64,000 nt of DNA from the human T2T-CHM13v2.0 reference genome, Homo sapiens. Where the stretch lies: assembly GCF_009914755.1 (NCBI RefSeq), contig NC_060935.1. The stretch is one strand, 5' to 3'. Below the pieces are notes generated by a model. That model searched no databases. It was not told the DNA's origin and saw only the letters and a list, made by a program, of their open reading frames with translations. The position numbers were made by a program, and so were the translations under genes. Shown here one piece after another: positions 49,808 to 64,000 of this stretch; positions within the stretch are counted from its first letter, which is position 1, and each line of letters begins with the position of its first letter.

Positions 49808-50403
49808 CAGCTACTTGTGTTTTAAAGGTCTCTCTGAAGATCATCTTTTGGGGCTCTGGGGTGGATGTGGCTGGACCTGGGAAGTCTGGGGTTGTTACAG
49901 GCTCTGGCACCTCTCTGGGCACAATAGTCAGTCCTGTGCCCTAGCTGGGGGTAAGACAGGAAGGCAGGGAGCTGGGCATACAGCTGTCATGGGTTGAAGA
50001 TCTGAGGCCTCGCCCTCATTTTCCTGAACCACATAAAGTTCTATAAGGTTCCAAGGTGGTGGAGGGGTGGGGAATATAGCCAAGAATAGATTTCTGTCCA
50101 ACTCAGGCCCAAGGTGAGGTGACTCACCTTAATTTGATTTAGAAAAAAACAAAAACAAAAAGAAGAACATTATAGTGCTCAGATCTCGAAAGTTAAGGAG
50201 GAAGAACTATGTTAAATAATGGCAAGTGGATTATAAAACCTTCTTCTTGTGTAAGTGTGATGCTGTTATGGAAAAGTTTAGTTGCGTGTAGGCTGGCCTG
50301 AAAGGCTGCCATCAAAACTGAAAGCCCTTCTGCAATAGTGTAGAGACATAGGTATTTTTTAGAATATCCTTTCCAAAAATATCCCTTAAGACTTATCCAT
50401 TCA

Positions 50404-50717
<314 letters not shown>

Positions 50718-51195
50718 ACTTATTCATTCAAAAAAGGTATCCCTGTTCCAGGCCTTGTGCTGGTGTGCTGGGTTCTGGGGGCTACGGTAGTAAATGGATA
50801 GTGTAAGTTTTTCATACCCTCAACCCTTGCCCCATACAAAACGAAACAAACAAAACAACAAATCAACAAACCTGAGCTGGGATCAGATCACCCACTCCCC
50901 CTGGCTTTGCCCAAGGAATGTTTTCTGGCCCTTATGGGCACCAGCCTGGCATTGCAATACCAGGAGCTTTTCATTTCCAAAGCATTGATACATGTTCCAG
51001 AAGTTACGTGTCAGAGAGGCATAGCCAGCCATTTGTACCTCTGATTAACTTCAGCTTTGTTGCCTGTGCAGGGCCAGGGGAGGAGCATGCAGGCTCACAG
51101 TTTGGGCCTAATTGCAAGATGCATCTGCAGGAGGGGAAGTGCATTTTGAGGTGCACGGAGCTGTTTCCCATTCAGTCCAATAGTCAGTGCAGTCA

Positions 51196-51723
<528 letters not shown>

Positions 51724-54700
51724 TCAAAGATGCTGGGGAAGGAAGGGGCACCAGGTCTCCAGGTCATGTTGTTTTTCTCCACTGCCTGTTCTGAGTTAGC
51801 GCCTCCACTGAGGAGGACAGAGGCTTCTCCCACTGCATCCCCAGGCCTGGCACACAGAAGGTGGGCAGGAAATATTTGTTTAAAAAAAATGAATGGAAGA
51901 AACGAAAGACCCAGAGTCAGGTGAGTAACACAAAAGAGAAACAGGGGCATTTGGAATTGACCCTGTGGCTCTGACCACATGGTCACTATTCATGGGCATG
52001 ATCAATCTCCCACAAGACTGGGAGGGCCAGGGCCATGCCTGCTTCCTCTTTAACATCCAGAACCTCCGTAGAGCCTGGCACAGAGGAAGCGCTCTGGAAT
52101 GGGTATCTCACAATGGACAGAATGAACTGGCAGCATATCGAGTGCTTGCCTGATAGGACCTAGGACCCCTTTGTCACCTCTACAAAGCTTGTCCTCAGAT
52201 ACAGAGGAACCACCTAGAGTTATGCTGCTTCCACAAGGAAAAAAAGATTGAACTGACTTCTAAAGGAAGAGACCACAGTCCTTGTCTCCAGCTTCCTCCC
52301 ACTTTGTCTTCTCCTCATTGAAATCCCACCATCTTGCAAGGTACAGCCCACATTGCCCCTACATGAATCTCTGGGTGAACTCCCAGCCCACATGGACTTC
52401 CTTCTCTGTGCTTCGCCTTTTGCTGTGGAAGACCTCACTGAGACATTTCAATTCACTGAGAGTCAGTCCTCTCTGCTGTAAAATGGGACAACAGAGCAAC
52501 ACACCTCACCAAGTTGTTATGAGGATGAAGTGCAATCACGCTTGCTAGGCGGCAAGCATGGAGCTGGCCACACGGTTCTGCTCTCGCTGCCACACTGTTC
52601 TGTGCATGTTAGCTCTGACTTCTTAGTGGAGCATAAACTCCTGGAGAACGGGGAGAACATCTTATCATTTTTCCCTTCCCTCCTTCCTGGTGCTTGGCAC
52701 AGAGTGGGGCACATGAATAGGGCTCACTCAACATCCACTGAGCAACTTATATTTCTATTTTTACTCAACAGGAAATATCAATTCTGGATGTGACTTTTGA
52801 TGCCAGAGAAACTGTGCCCATTCATTCCCTTTTCAGCCCCCTGTTTTATCCTGTACCAGTTCGGGACTCCATACACAGCTACTCTCAGTGATATTGATGG
52901 CGAGACCATCAGACAGAGTCACAGGTAATCTTGCCTGCCCAGAAGTCTGATGGTGCCGCATATGAGCAGGATGGGCCCCAACAGGAAATGTGACTCTGGG
53001 GCTCCTCTGCAGCGTCAGGACTCCAAGACTGGCGCCAGGGGTCAGAACAAGAGATGCCCCATTACCTCACGCCTAATGACCTGTGTCTTGATCCCTGGTA
53101 ACAGAAGGCAGGAAGTCCAGAGGAGGTAAATGAACACGCACTCAAAGCATATGCCTGCAGCCAGGAGGTACCCTGCACCCTACCACCCGTCTCTCTCCCC
53201 CTCCCACTGCTGACTAACGGAGGGAAAAAAAAACACATCCTCGGAAAGGCAAACACACTGAGCAAACAGCACTTGACTTTCAAAGCTCTCCCCAGGGGCT
53301 CTCCCCTTTCCCCTCCTCCGCTGCTCTCTTCCAGGGACCAACCTGGGCTGCTCTGTTTCTCTCCCTAGGTGACTTGGACACGTGAGGAGTCCTGGGCGGG
53401 CTCCTGCTTGGCTCCAGAGCCCCTTTTTTCCAGAGTCTTCTCAGCTCTTCACAACATATCCCTAGGTCCTCCTGGCCCCAGGCCCATCACAAAGCCACGG
53501 CTTGTCTTCTGGGGGCTCTGGGGGACAATGAGCACCCACTAGGTAGGGTTCAGTGGGCTAGCCTGGGAACTCACACATCTTTTGATGCTGTTTATATAAG
53601 AAAACATGTCCCAGGCTGCAGTTTGGAATCCAGGAGATGAGTACATATCTCTTAGGAGCAGTCAAAGCAGATGTCACCTGCCCCCACTACATGACCTGAG
53701 GCTGCCCCAACTTCACTGCTTGCTGTGCCAGGAACCTTGGGGACCCAGTGCCCCCACTTTCCTTGTTGTTTCCCTTCCCTCTCTCTATCTCAGCAACGAC
53801 AAGCCTGCTCTACCCCACCCTGTTGTTCCTGGGAGAGGAAGTCCCCCGGCTATCGGGAGAAGCCCTCTCCCACCTCGGCAGCTGTTCCTACTGCTGGGAA
53901 CTGTCTCTAAACCTGTACAAAACTGGGGGGCTATACACAAGCAGGGGGTTACTCTTCATGTAACCAGCCTCCAGGGGCAGGCAGGACTGACAGAGAGAAG
54001 GTTGAAGTGGGCCTGGGGCTAGGGACATTGGCTTTTCTGAGCTCCCTAGATGTTCCTTCCAAATTTCCCCTGTCTATGGAGTGCTTAGCCTGAGTGTGTT
54101 TGGAGGCTCTGAGAACCACAGGGTCAGGGATGAGGATAACGGGGAGAGACCAGGAACTTGGGGTGTCTTGGTGAAGAATCCAGGAAACAGTGGTTGCCTG
54201 CCATGCTCACAGCTCCATTCTGAGAAAATCAAATGCTAGCAGGACTTTCTGCATAAAACGCCATGGCTTGCGCCATGTATGGCAGACGGCCCAGCCACTG
54301 ATGACTGGACCACATTCCCTGCCTGAGGCATAGGACACCATGGTCTAGCTGGACAAAGGGAGGTTGGACTCCTGGGGTATTCATGGCCAGCCCCATACTG
54401 TGAGAACACTGCTATGGGATATTTCCCCAGTCCCCTAGACAGGGACATGCCTTGGTGCCCATGTTTCCAAACTGTCTTGGGGAGTGGGACAGCTTGGTGG
54501 CCACCTAGCTCCATCAGACTCTCTCTCTAGGCAGCAAGAATGCCAAGAATACGCAGATGACCTGAGTGACCGTCTCATTCTCCATGAGACTTGTTGGATG
54601 GGTCTATCTGGGAGACACTACCAGCACCCCCTCCATTACCACCTTCCCTCCCCCACCAGGTGTGTCTCTTCCTGGCACCAAAAGAACCAATTTTAGTTGG

Positions 54701-55398
54701 AGGAGGTGGTCGGTAGCCTCTCTTAATTTCCTACCCTAATTCTACTCCTTTCAGAGCCCAGAGATTTTTTTTCTCCTAGGAGGAAATGGCCTCATAATGG
54801 TGCCCCATGGTGTCCTAAGTCTTCTTCACCCCACAGAGGCCCCCAGCTCTTTGTGGAAAATAGCCTGAGACCAGGAGTTAAGAGACTTTGGAGGATCTAG
54901 TCCGAGCCACGCTACTAACCTCAGGAGGGATCTCAGGAACACACTCCCCTCTGGCCTTAATTTCCCATCTGTAAAATGGTTCTACCAACTTACTCTCCTT
55001 GCCACGTTCTGTGTAATCCCCACTCATCTGTCTTCTAATTCAAAAATTCTCTCTTCAGCTATACTCATTCATGTAACCTGTGCACTGAGTAAGTTTTGGT
55101 TTCTTTTTTGTTTTCTTCTTTCCAGGGGCTTCCACTTGGCCATAATGACTCTTAGACTGGACAGGTCAGGGAACTAGTGTGAAGTCAGCTGGTTGCTAAA
55201 TATCTACATCCCAATTATGCACTTGGGAAGTAACCACCATGGGATGGGTCCACGGAGCCACGAGACCAACTGTGAGATAAACTTGGGCCAGGACTCCATG
55301 GATCACCTGACCTCCGTAAGCCCTCACTCTGACCAGGGGACCATTGTTCACTGAATTAATTTCCATAACTAAAATTTCAATTTCTAAAAAATCTTTTG

Positions 55399-55719
<321 letters not shown>

Positions 55720-56247
55720 TCAAGTATATGGGACTCTAGGACTTTTACCAGTTTTGGTCTTTTTCTTCTTCCTTGGCTTGGGGTTCCCAAACTACTTGGT
55801 TAATATAAATTCAGTCCCTACACCTGTGAGTACCTTCAGCCTGGGCTTCTGATATTTAAGGATAACTAGTCTTTTTCTTTTGCATAGCCCCAAGTGGATG
55901 GAAGCTTTCTTGTAGCTTCCCCAGGGCAATGACAGCTCAGTCTGACTTACTAAAAAGTCTTCATTCTTAGGAGAGTTCAAAACTGTGGTCATTTACTTAC
56001 TTGCTGCTGTCTGTCAATAACATATCAGTTCCATGAGGAATGAAACTTCATCTCTCTTCCTCATCACTGTATCCTGAGGGCCAGCACAGTGTCCAGCACA
56101 TAGCAGGCTTTCCATGCATGTTTGTTGGATAAATGAATGAAGAGTACTTTGATTTCTGGGAGCTTAGCTATCAGAGCCAGTTTGAGGCTCCCCTACTGAG
56201 TCGGATAATCTCAAGGCCTCCTGCTTCTGTCCCTGCACCCCCTCTTA

Positions 56248-56923
<676 letters not shown>

Positions 56924-58904
56924 TCATGGGTCAGGTCCCTTTGACCTGATGGTTGCCCTGCCAGGAGGTGCTGGCAAAATCCCTGTTTCCCCAGTCCCCT
57001 AGAGTGGGACAAGCCTTGGTGCCCAGGTTTCCAAATTATCTTGGGGAGTGGAGTGCAGGGAAGGAGGAGAAACAAAGCAATTTCAAAAGGAGGTTAGCAT
57101 AATGGGCTCTCATGCAAGCAGAGGGTTGCTGGGCTGGTAACTAACTGCATTTATCTGCAAGGCTGGTTGAAGCCTTAACTCTCTCCAGTCTATTTTCCAG
57201 ATGGAAATCTCAGAGATGAGATTGCACAATGTTTGTGACAGCACCTTTTGTTCTATTTGCTGGCTCTCAGGGCTTATGGTTACTGTCATTGGAAAAAAGT
57301 GATAACTGAGCAAAGAGGCAAAGTTACTGCACCCATGCCAGAAAAAACCAGCCTGGGGTCCGAGAATTCGCTTTTCATTCTTATGCTCTTGGTTTCTTTA
57401 ATTTTTTTAATGAATCTGCCAGGTATTCCCTGAAAAGAGAATTCCTTCTGCATTTAGCTTTATGTAAATGACTGCCTACTTCTGAATATTTATGAGAAGT
57501 GTAAATGGCCAGTCCCCAAAGCGCCAAGATGACAGTTTCTCAGGTTGCCTTCAAAGGCAGACACCTCTAAATACAGGGCTTTTTCTCAAAGAACAGATGT
57601 GCTGGCTTCCTTAGCTAAAAAGAGAGAGAGAGAGAGAAAGGACTGCTTGCCTTGGTCCTGTAGTCCCAGAGCCCTACACCAGATTGGCATTAAGCTTCCA
57701 GCACCGCCTCAAGGATAAAGGAGTAAGTGGGAGGCCCTGTAATTTAATCACAGAATGCCTCCTGGCTTAGGAGGTATCTTAGAGGCTGGGAAGTGGCCCC
57801 TTCACCACCTGCCTCCCAGTGTTTAACAGGTGTTAGATGCTGGCATGGATGGGCAGAGGACCATGATAGAGATGAAGTACCCTCTTCCCTGGCCTGCCCT
57901 GCAGCATCACCCTCCTGGACTTATCTCTGGCATCCAGTCCTTCATTAGTTGTGCTCAAATGGAGGCCATCAGGGTGTTCTTCAGCCAGCTTGGGTTGGGC
58001 CTGACAACAAGAAGGCTCCCATGGCACCCCAAGCTCACTAACAGGGCACCTTGTGAGCCGGTGTCTGCACCCACACCACCTCCAAGAGACTGGCAGAGGC
58101 TGGGGTGGGAGCTGGTGCTGCAGCTGCTGCTGTTCCCTGGCTCCTCCTCATGCTCCCCCATCCCCTCCTCCTAGGTGCTCCCAAGACTCCTTGGTCCATT
58201 ACTCTCTTCTGCACAGGTCTGAATGGCCCTCATGCAGAAGAAATCATGGATTCTGAGTGTGCAAAGCAACTGTGAGAAATAAAAGGACTATTTTGTCTCC
58301 TATTCACAGGTTAGGAAAAAAATCTAGCATAGTGGGGAGGACATAGTCTTTGGAGTCTGTGGCCCTGAGTTTCAAAGCCCCAGCCTTTTGCTGTGCAGTC
58401 TTGGGTGAGTTACTTAACCTCTCTGGTTTTCAGCTTCTCCATCTTTAAAATGGTGATTATAATGCCCACTCTGAAGGACTCTGTCCACTCTGCAGGACTA
58501 TTGTGAAGATTAAATGAACCTTTATGATAAGCACCTAGAATTGTGGCTGGCATATAGTTGGAGATCAGTACAAGATGGCCTACCCTCCTCTCAGAAAATA
58601 AATGAAAAAGCTTCCTGAGAACTCTGTCACTGGGGAACCGCAGAAAGGAGATGTGTGAGTATGGTGCTGCCACTGGTTCACTGCGTGGCCCAGGGTAAGG
58701 CACCTGCCCTCTCTGGGCCTCTGATACCCAGGAGACTGGGAAACACAGAGGCCTCCATTATAGCTAAATTCCTTAACCTGGTGTTCTTGATAAATGTCAG
58801 GGGGGCACCCATGAAGCCCCTGAAATTATAGCCCAAATGTTTGAGCAAGCATTTATTTTTCTGAGAAAGTTTCACTAGCCTTTCAAAAGTATGTGTAGAT
58901 AAAC

Positions 58905-59085
58905 GGTGGCCAAGGGCTGGGGGCGAAGATGAGGAGTGACTGCCAATGGGTACGGGTTTCTTTTTGGGGAAATGAAAACTTCCACATTTGTGATGATGGC
59001 TGCACAGCTCTGTGAATATAGGACACTAAAACCCACTGATTTGTATGCTTTAAATGAGTGGGTTATATCTCAATAAAGCTGTGTG
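58905..59085 (+). mobile_element. Old L1M 3' end fragment
   Basis: gagtgactgccaatgggtacgggtttctttttgggg...gatggctgcacagctctgtgaatata...ctcaataaagctg. Confidence 0.7.
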
Positions 59086-59562
59086 CATGTGACCAAAAAA
59101 AGATTATGAAACAAGAGCCCTCAGGGCTTACACGGGAATGGGGCTTCTGCACTCATGTCAATATTATAAAAAGCCTTACGTGCCCTGTGGCTAACCAGGC
59201 TGCACACAGAATCCTAACCACATGAGTTTCTTTGCCATGGGGCTGGGATTGTATTAACTCCCAGGAGTAACACTGGTTCTTGAGTGCTGGTCAAATCTAT
59301 AAGTGGTAAAGGTATATACAAACACAGAAAACCAAAGGACACTCCATGATAAATGAGCAAAGGTAAGAAATCAGTAGATATGAAAATCTCTACCCCCAGT
59401 GCAAGGGTTAAATTATACAAGGGAGGGGGGCTGGGACAGGGCCAGGCATAGGGCAAGGGCTGTTAATATTAGTTAGCACTATTAGCAACGATGCATGTGC
59501 AACAAACCCTGTGAGTACTAGTAACGGTAACCGTGCAGCAGGTTTAGTAGACAAAACCTGAT

Positions 59563-59864
59563 TTCTTTTTTTTTTTTTTTTTTAGACCGAGTCTCGCTCT
59601 GTTACCCAGGCTGGAACGCAGTGACACGATCTCAGCTCACCACAGTCTCCGCCTCCTGGGCTCAAGCAATTCTCCTGTCTCAGCCTCCGGAGTAGCTGAG
59701 ACTACAGGCACACGCCATCATGCCCGGCTAATTTTTGTATTTTTAGTAGAGACGGGGTTTCACCATATTGGTCAGGCTGGTCTCGAACTCCTGACCTCAG
59801 GTGAACCATCAGCCTCAGCCTCCCAAAGTGCTGGGATTACAGGAGCGAGCCACCATGCCTGGCC
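59563..59864 (-). mobile_element. Alu (AluS-like)
   Basis: Poly-T tail, full dimer ending gccaccatgcctggcc. Confidence 0.95.
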
Positions 59865-60055
59865 AACAAAATCTTACAAACTGCTTGTTCAAGGGGACAC
59901 AACAGAAAGTGTCTTGTAGCCTTTTGAATGCTGTGTACATGTTAGGATCCTCCCAGGCTGTGTCTCTCTGCATCAGACCCTCACAGCCCAAAGTGTTAAC
60001 TAATGAGAGAAGCATGGTCAGAAATCTTCATTTTTCATGTTTCAAAAAAAAAATT

Positions 60056-60176
60056 GTGTTAGAGATGAGGTCTCTCTATGTTGCCCAGGCTGGACTCGAA
60101 CTCTTGGGCTCAAGCCATCCTCCTACCTCAGCCTTTTGAGTGGCTGAGACTACAGGCATGAGCCACCACACCCAGC
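60056..60176 (-). mobile_element. FLAM / Alu left monomer
   Basis: tagagatgaggtctctctatgttgcccaggctgg...gagccaccacacccagc. Confidence 0.85.
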
Positions 60177-61023
60177 TTAGAAAGTCTTGTGCATAAAAGG
60201 TTGGTTGGTAACTAAACTAGATGAGATCTCCAGGCCCTTTTGTAGCTTTTATAGTCATTGATCTGTCTTGGCAGAATGGAGCGGGGGCAGTCTGGGCATG
60301 GGTAGGTGGTAATGGGGGATGGCATATATGACTGTTCCCATAAAAAAGAACATCAGATTCCCTGCATCTCATCTTGTCTAGCTGTGTCCCTGTGGGAGCC
60401 TCTCCCCTTTTTTTCTTTTAATATTTTTAAACTCTAAGCTTTACAAGTAAGGAGGACCAATACAAATCACTGGAGATGAAGGTTTATGGAATCTTTATCC
60501 CAAGAAGCAATGGATTCTGGATTGGTAACACCTCACTCATACCAAACATGTGCAAGGTAGAGGGATCTGATATTTACGAAGTGAAGACTCTGGGGGCCAC
60601 TCTGCCTGCTGTGTTACTTACATTATCTAACTGAATTGCCATAGCAACTCCAGAGGGTGGGCAGCCTCCCCATTTCATAGATAAAGAAACCAAGGCTCAG
60701 AGAGGTTAAGTATTTGAATCAGCCTGTCTCACCCAAGTCACTTTCTGCTACATCAAGCTCTCCCGGTGGAACCTTCCCGCCCTCTGGGAATGGGTCTGGG
60801 ATTTCGGTTTCTGGCCTGAACACCAGGGTGAAGATTTAGTCCCAGGCATAGGACAGGATCAGACTCTGTGGTGGAAGAGCTCCGGGTGGGAGATGGGACA
60901 CATGAAGCCCGAGGTCAGATCAATCATGCTGACGATTCTCCTCTGATTATTGGGGGGTAATGTACCTCTTCCTGAGCCAGCACCAAAGGTTGTCTTGCTT
61001 TAAAAAAATACCATGTTTTAACG

Positions 61024-61405
61024 TTTTTATTTTTATTTTTTAAGAGACAGGAGTCTCTCTGTTGTCCAGGCTGAAGTGCAGGGGCGTGATCATTGCTCAC
61101 TGCAGCCTTGAACTCCTGGGGTCAAGCAATCCTTCCATCTCAGACTCCCAGGTAGCTGGGACTAAAGGGGCGCACCACCACATCTGGCTAAAAAACACCA
61201 GGTTTTGTTTGTTTTTGAGACAAGGTGTCACTCTATCGCCCAGGCTGGAGTGCAGTGGTGTGATTGTAGCTCACTGCAACCTCTGCCTCCTGGACTTTAG
61301 GTAATCTTCCCACCTCAGCCTCTGAGTAGCTGGGGCTATAGTTGTGAGCCACCACTTCCAGCTAATTTTTTGTACAGACAGGGTCTCACTTTGTTGCCTA
61401 GGCTA
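61024..61405 (-). mobile_element. Two adjacent old Alu (J/FRAM-like) fragments
   Basis: gagacaggagtctc... and gagacaaggtgtcactc... right-arm sequences. Confidence 0.8.
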
Positions 61406-61704
61406 AAAGTATCATGTTGTTGATTTCCAAATCTTATACACGCTTATTAGAGAATTTAGAAACACATAAAGAAAATAAAAATCACTTATAATCCCACTAT
61501 GTGATTTTCCAATTCTTTTTCATGTGTGAATCTGTACAAATGTATACATAACATATATTCCAGTTTAGTAGTAAGCATACAACATATACTATTTGTAACT
61601 TACTCTTTTTGCTTAAAAATACATCACTAACACTTTTTGATGTAATTAAATATTTTGCTACAACATAGCTTTTAAGATCTGTGGGCATTCCATGTACGAT
61701 TTTT

Positions 61705-61848
61705 CTTTTCTTTCTTCTTTTTTTTTTCTGCATAGAAGGGGTCTCACTGTGTTGCCCAGGCCAGTCTTGAACTCCTGTGCTCATGTAATCTTCCTGCCTC
61801 AGCCTCCCAAAGTGCTGGGATTACAGGTGTGAGCCCCTGAACCTGGCT
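61705..61848 (-). mobile_element. FLAM / Alu left monomer
   Basis: ggggtctcactgtgttgcccaggcc...gtgagcccctgaacctggc. Confidence 0.85.
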
Positions 61849-62042
61849 TGATTTTTCTATAGTTTATAAAGTTGGCTCCATTTTTAAAGTCTTAATGATA
61901 CTGCCTTCTCTGGTCATTAAGAGAGATGGTCAGTGCTTGCAGAGTATGGGACAGGAGGGACCCAGAGGTACAGCCTGTGGTATAGCCAAGTGTGTGAAAG
62001 GTACAGGCAAGCATGGAGTGGAAGACGGTGTGCTCCTAGTTA

Positions 62043-62270
<228 letters not shown>

Positions 62271-62504
62271 CTAGAAATGAGAGCAGAGTGTTTCACATTC
62301 ATCATCATTCTCATCATCATCACCACACCAGATGCCACCTGTTACAGTGTGCCAGGGGCTTCTCAGACAGTCCCCATGGTGCCCTAGAGCAGCTCTGTAA
62401 GGTGGTACTGTATCACCGTTCCAACTTACTAGTCTACTCCAGCACAGCAAGCTACTTCTCCAGCAAGTAAGGCCTTTTCCTGTAGACAGGACTTAATTGG
62501 TTCT

Positions 62505-62824
62505 TTATTTTTATTTAATTTAATTCATTTACTTATTTATTTAGAGACAGAGTCTCGCTCTGCTTCCCAGGCTGGAGTGAAGTGGCATGATCTCAGCTCA
62601 CTGCAGCCTCCACCTTCCGGGTTCAAGCAATTCTCATGCCTCAGCCTCCGGAGTAGCTGGAATTATAGGCACGTGCCTACCATGCCCAGCTAATTTTTAT
62701 ATTTTTAGCAGAGATGGGGTTTTGCCATGTTGGCCAGGCTGGTCTCAAACTCCTGACCTCAGGAGATCCATCCACCTCGGCCTCCAAATGCTGAGATTAC
62801 AGGCATGAGCCACCGCACCCGGTC
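62505..62824 (-). mobile_element. Alu (AluS-like)
   Basis: (TTTA)n-type tail, full dimer; TSD gttctttattttt. Confidence 0.95.
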
Positions 62825-63390
62825 TGTTCTTTATTTTTTAAAGCAGATCTTCATGTCCACTTGTATTCTTGATTTACCAGAGGCCAGTGGAGAACACAGA
62901 TCAGAGCCATAAAAATGATGAAGTGGGGCAGGCCATCTGTTTTAAAGTGGCCTTCTCCAGCCTAGGGAGGGGATCTGCTCTGAGACCAAGTCCTGTCATA
63001 ATTGAGCCTTGAAACAAAACAAGGGTTCGACTTTGGAAGGTCTGATGTGTTACACGACCGCGTGAGTCAGTCAGCCCCAGCACCATCCCCAGAGTGCAGC
63101 CACCCCAAGGACCCTCACAGGGCAGACAGAGAGCAGCCATGGTAATGGCCTCCCCGAGCTCTGAACCTAAACGCTTTATGTGCAGAGTGATCATGACTCG
63201 CAGAAAGACTGCAATTTTTGGATGTGTGCTCTTGAACAAGGAAAAATGCATCCGGGTCTTAAATGTCCTCAGGATGCCTGCTCTTGGATAAAATTCTATT
63301 ATTCATTCTGTTGTAAGGTGGGCTCCCCGCCCTTAATTCCTCTTTTGTGTAAACCCAGGCTTTTTTGTGGGTCAGGTTTTCTTAAGGCAG

Positions 63391-63507
63391 GAACCTATTC
63401 TATGTCTTTCTGTGAGCTAATATACACCATGGGCAAGGTTTAAAATAATGAACCTATTCTGTCTTTCTGTAAGTTTATATATACCATGGGTAAGGTTTAA
63501 AATAATG
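63391..63507 (+). repeat. ~58-bp imperfect tandem duplication
   Basis: gaacctattct(at)gtctttctgt...ccatggg.aaggtttaaaataatg x2. Confidence 0.9.
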
Positions 63508-63829
63508 GCAATGACATTTTTAAAGAAATCTATATACCTCCTAGGTTATGTGAAATGAGACTTCAAAAGATAATCACCTAGTTTCAGTGAAGTAGGGACA
63601 CCAAGTGATCTGTGAAATAAAGTCTTATTAAGTGAAGACCAGCATACACAGAAATGCACAACTGACTGACAGCTAGTAATTATGTATAATTCAGGAATTG
63701 TGCTTAATAACTTTTTATGCACAAAGCGTGGTTATTCTCTAACCCATGAAGACACAGGCTCTCATCCGTAAGGGTACATTTTCCGGAAATCTCCAAAAGA
63801 AAGAAAGAAAGGGTTTTTTTCTCCCTAAC

Positions 63830-63845
63830 TCCTTTCTTTTCTTTT

Positions 63846-63912
<67 letters not shown>

Positions 63913-64000
63913 CTCTCTCTCTCTTTTCCTTTCTTTCTTTCTTTCCTTCCTTTCCTTTCCTTTCTTTCCTTTCCTTTCCTTCTTTCTTTCCTTTTTTTTT
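63830..64000 (+). repeat. (CTTT)n/(CT)n pyrimidine-rich simple repeat, probably an Alu tail continuing past the window
   Basis: Long run of ctttctttcttt. Confidence 0.9.

Overview
Human (great-ape-like) genomic DNA from the pancreatic K-ATP channel locus (11p15.1). Both genes lie on the minus strand. The complete single-exon CDS of KCNJ11 (Kir6.2, 519-1691) has an upstream Alu and CpG island. Exons 8-39 of ABCC8 (SUR1, 62270 down to the stop at 6587) were mapped by hand with splice dinucleotides, and their lengths keep one continuous frame. Intron 10 holds a full-length SDHC processed pseudogene. The rest is Alu, L1, L2/MIR, MaLR and simple repeats. Most ORFs in the supplied track are antisense shadows or repeat-derived noise. 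I see no evidence for a wholly new gene system. The most unusual structures are: (i) a ~240-bp inverted duplication bracketed by a ~105-bp direct duplication in intron 16; (ii) a phased 42-bp degenerate tandem array carrying NF-kB-like sites in intron 10; (iii) a 66-bp dispersed direct repeat bracketing exons 9-10; (iv) an overlapping uORF on KCNJ11; (v) several non-canonical splice features (GC donor, NAGNAG, AAG acceptors, a latent pseudoexon). The haplotype is KCNJ11 E23/I337 with ABCC8 S1369. Variant names and isoform facts are recalled from memory, not looked up.
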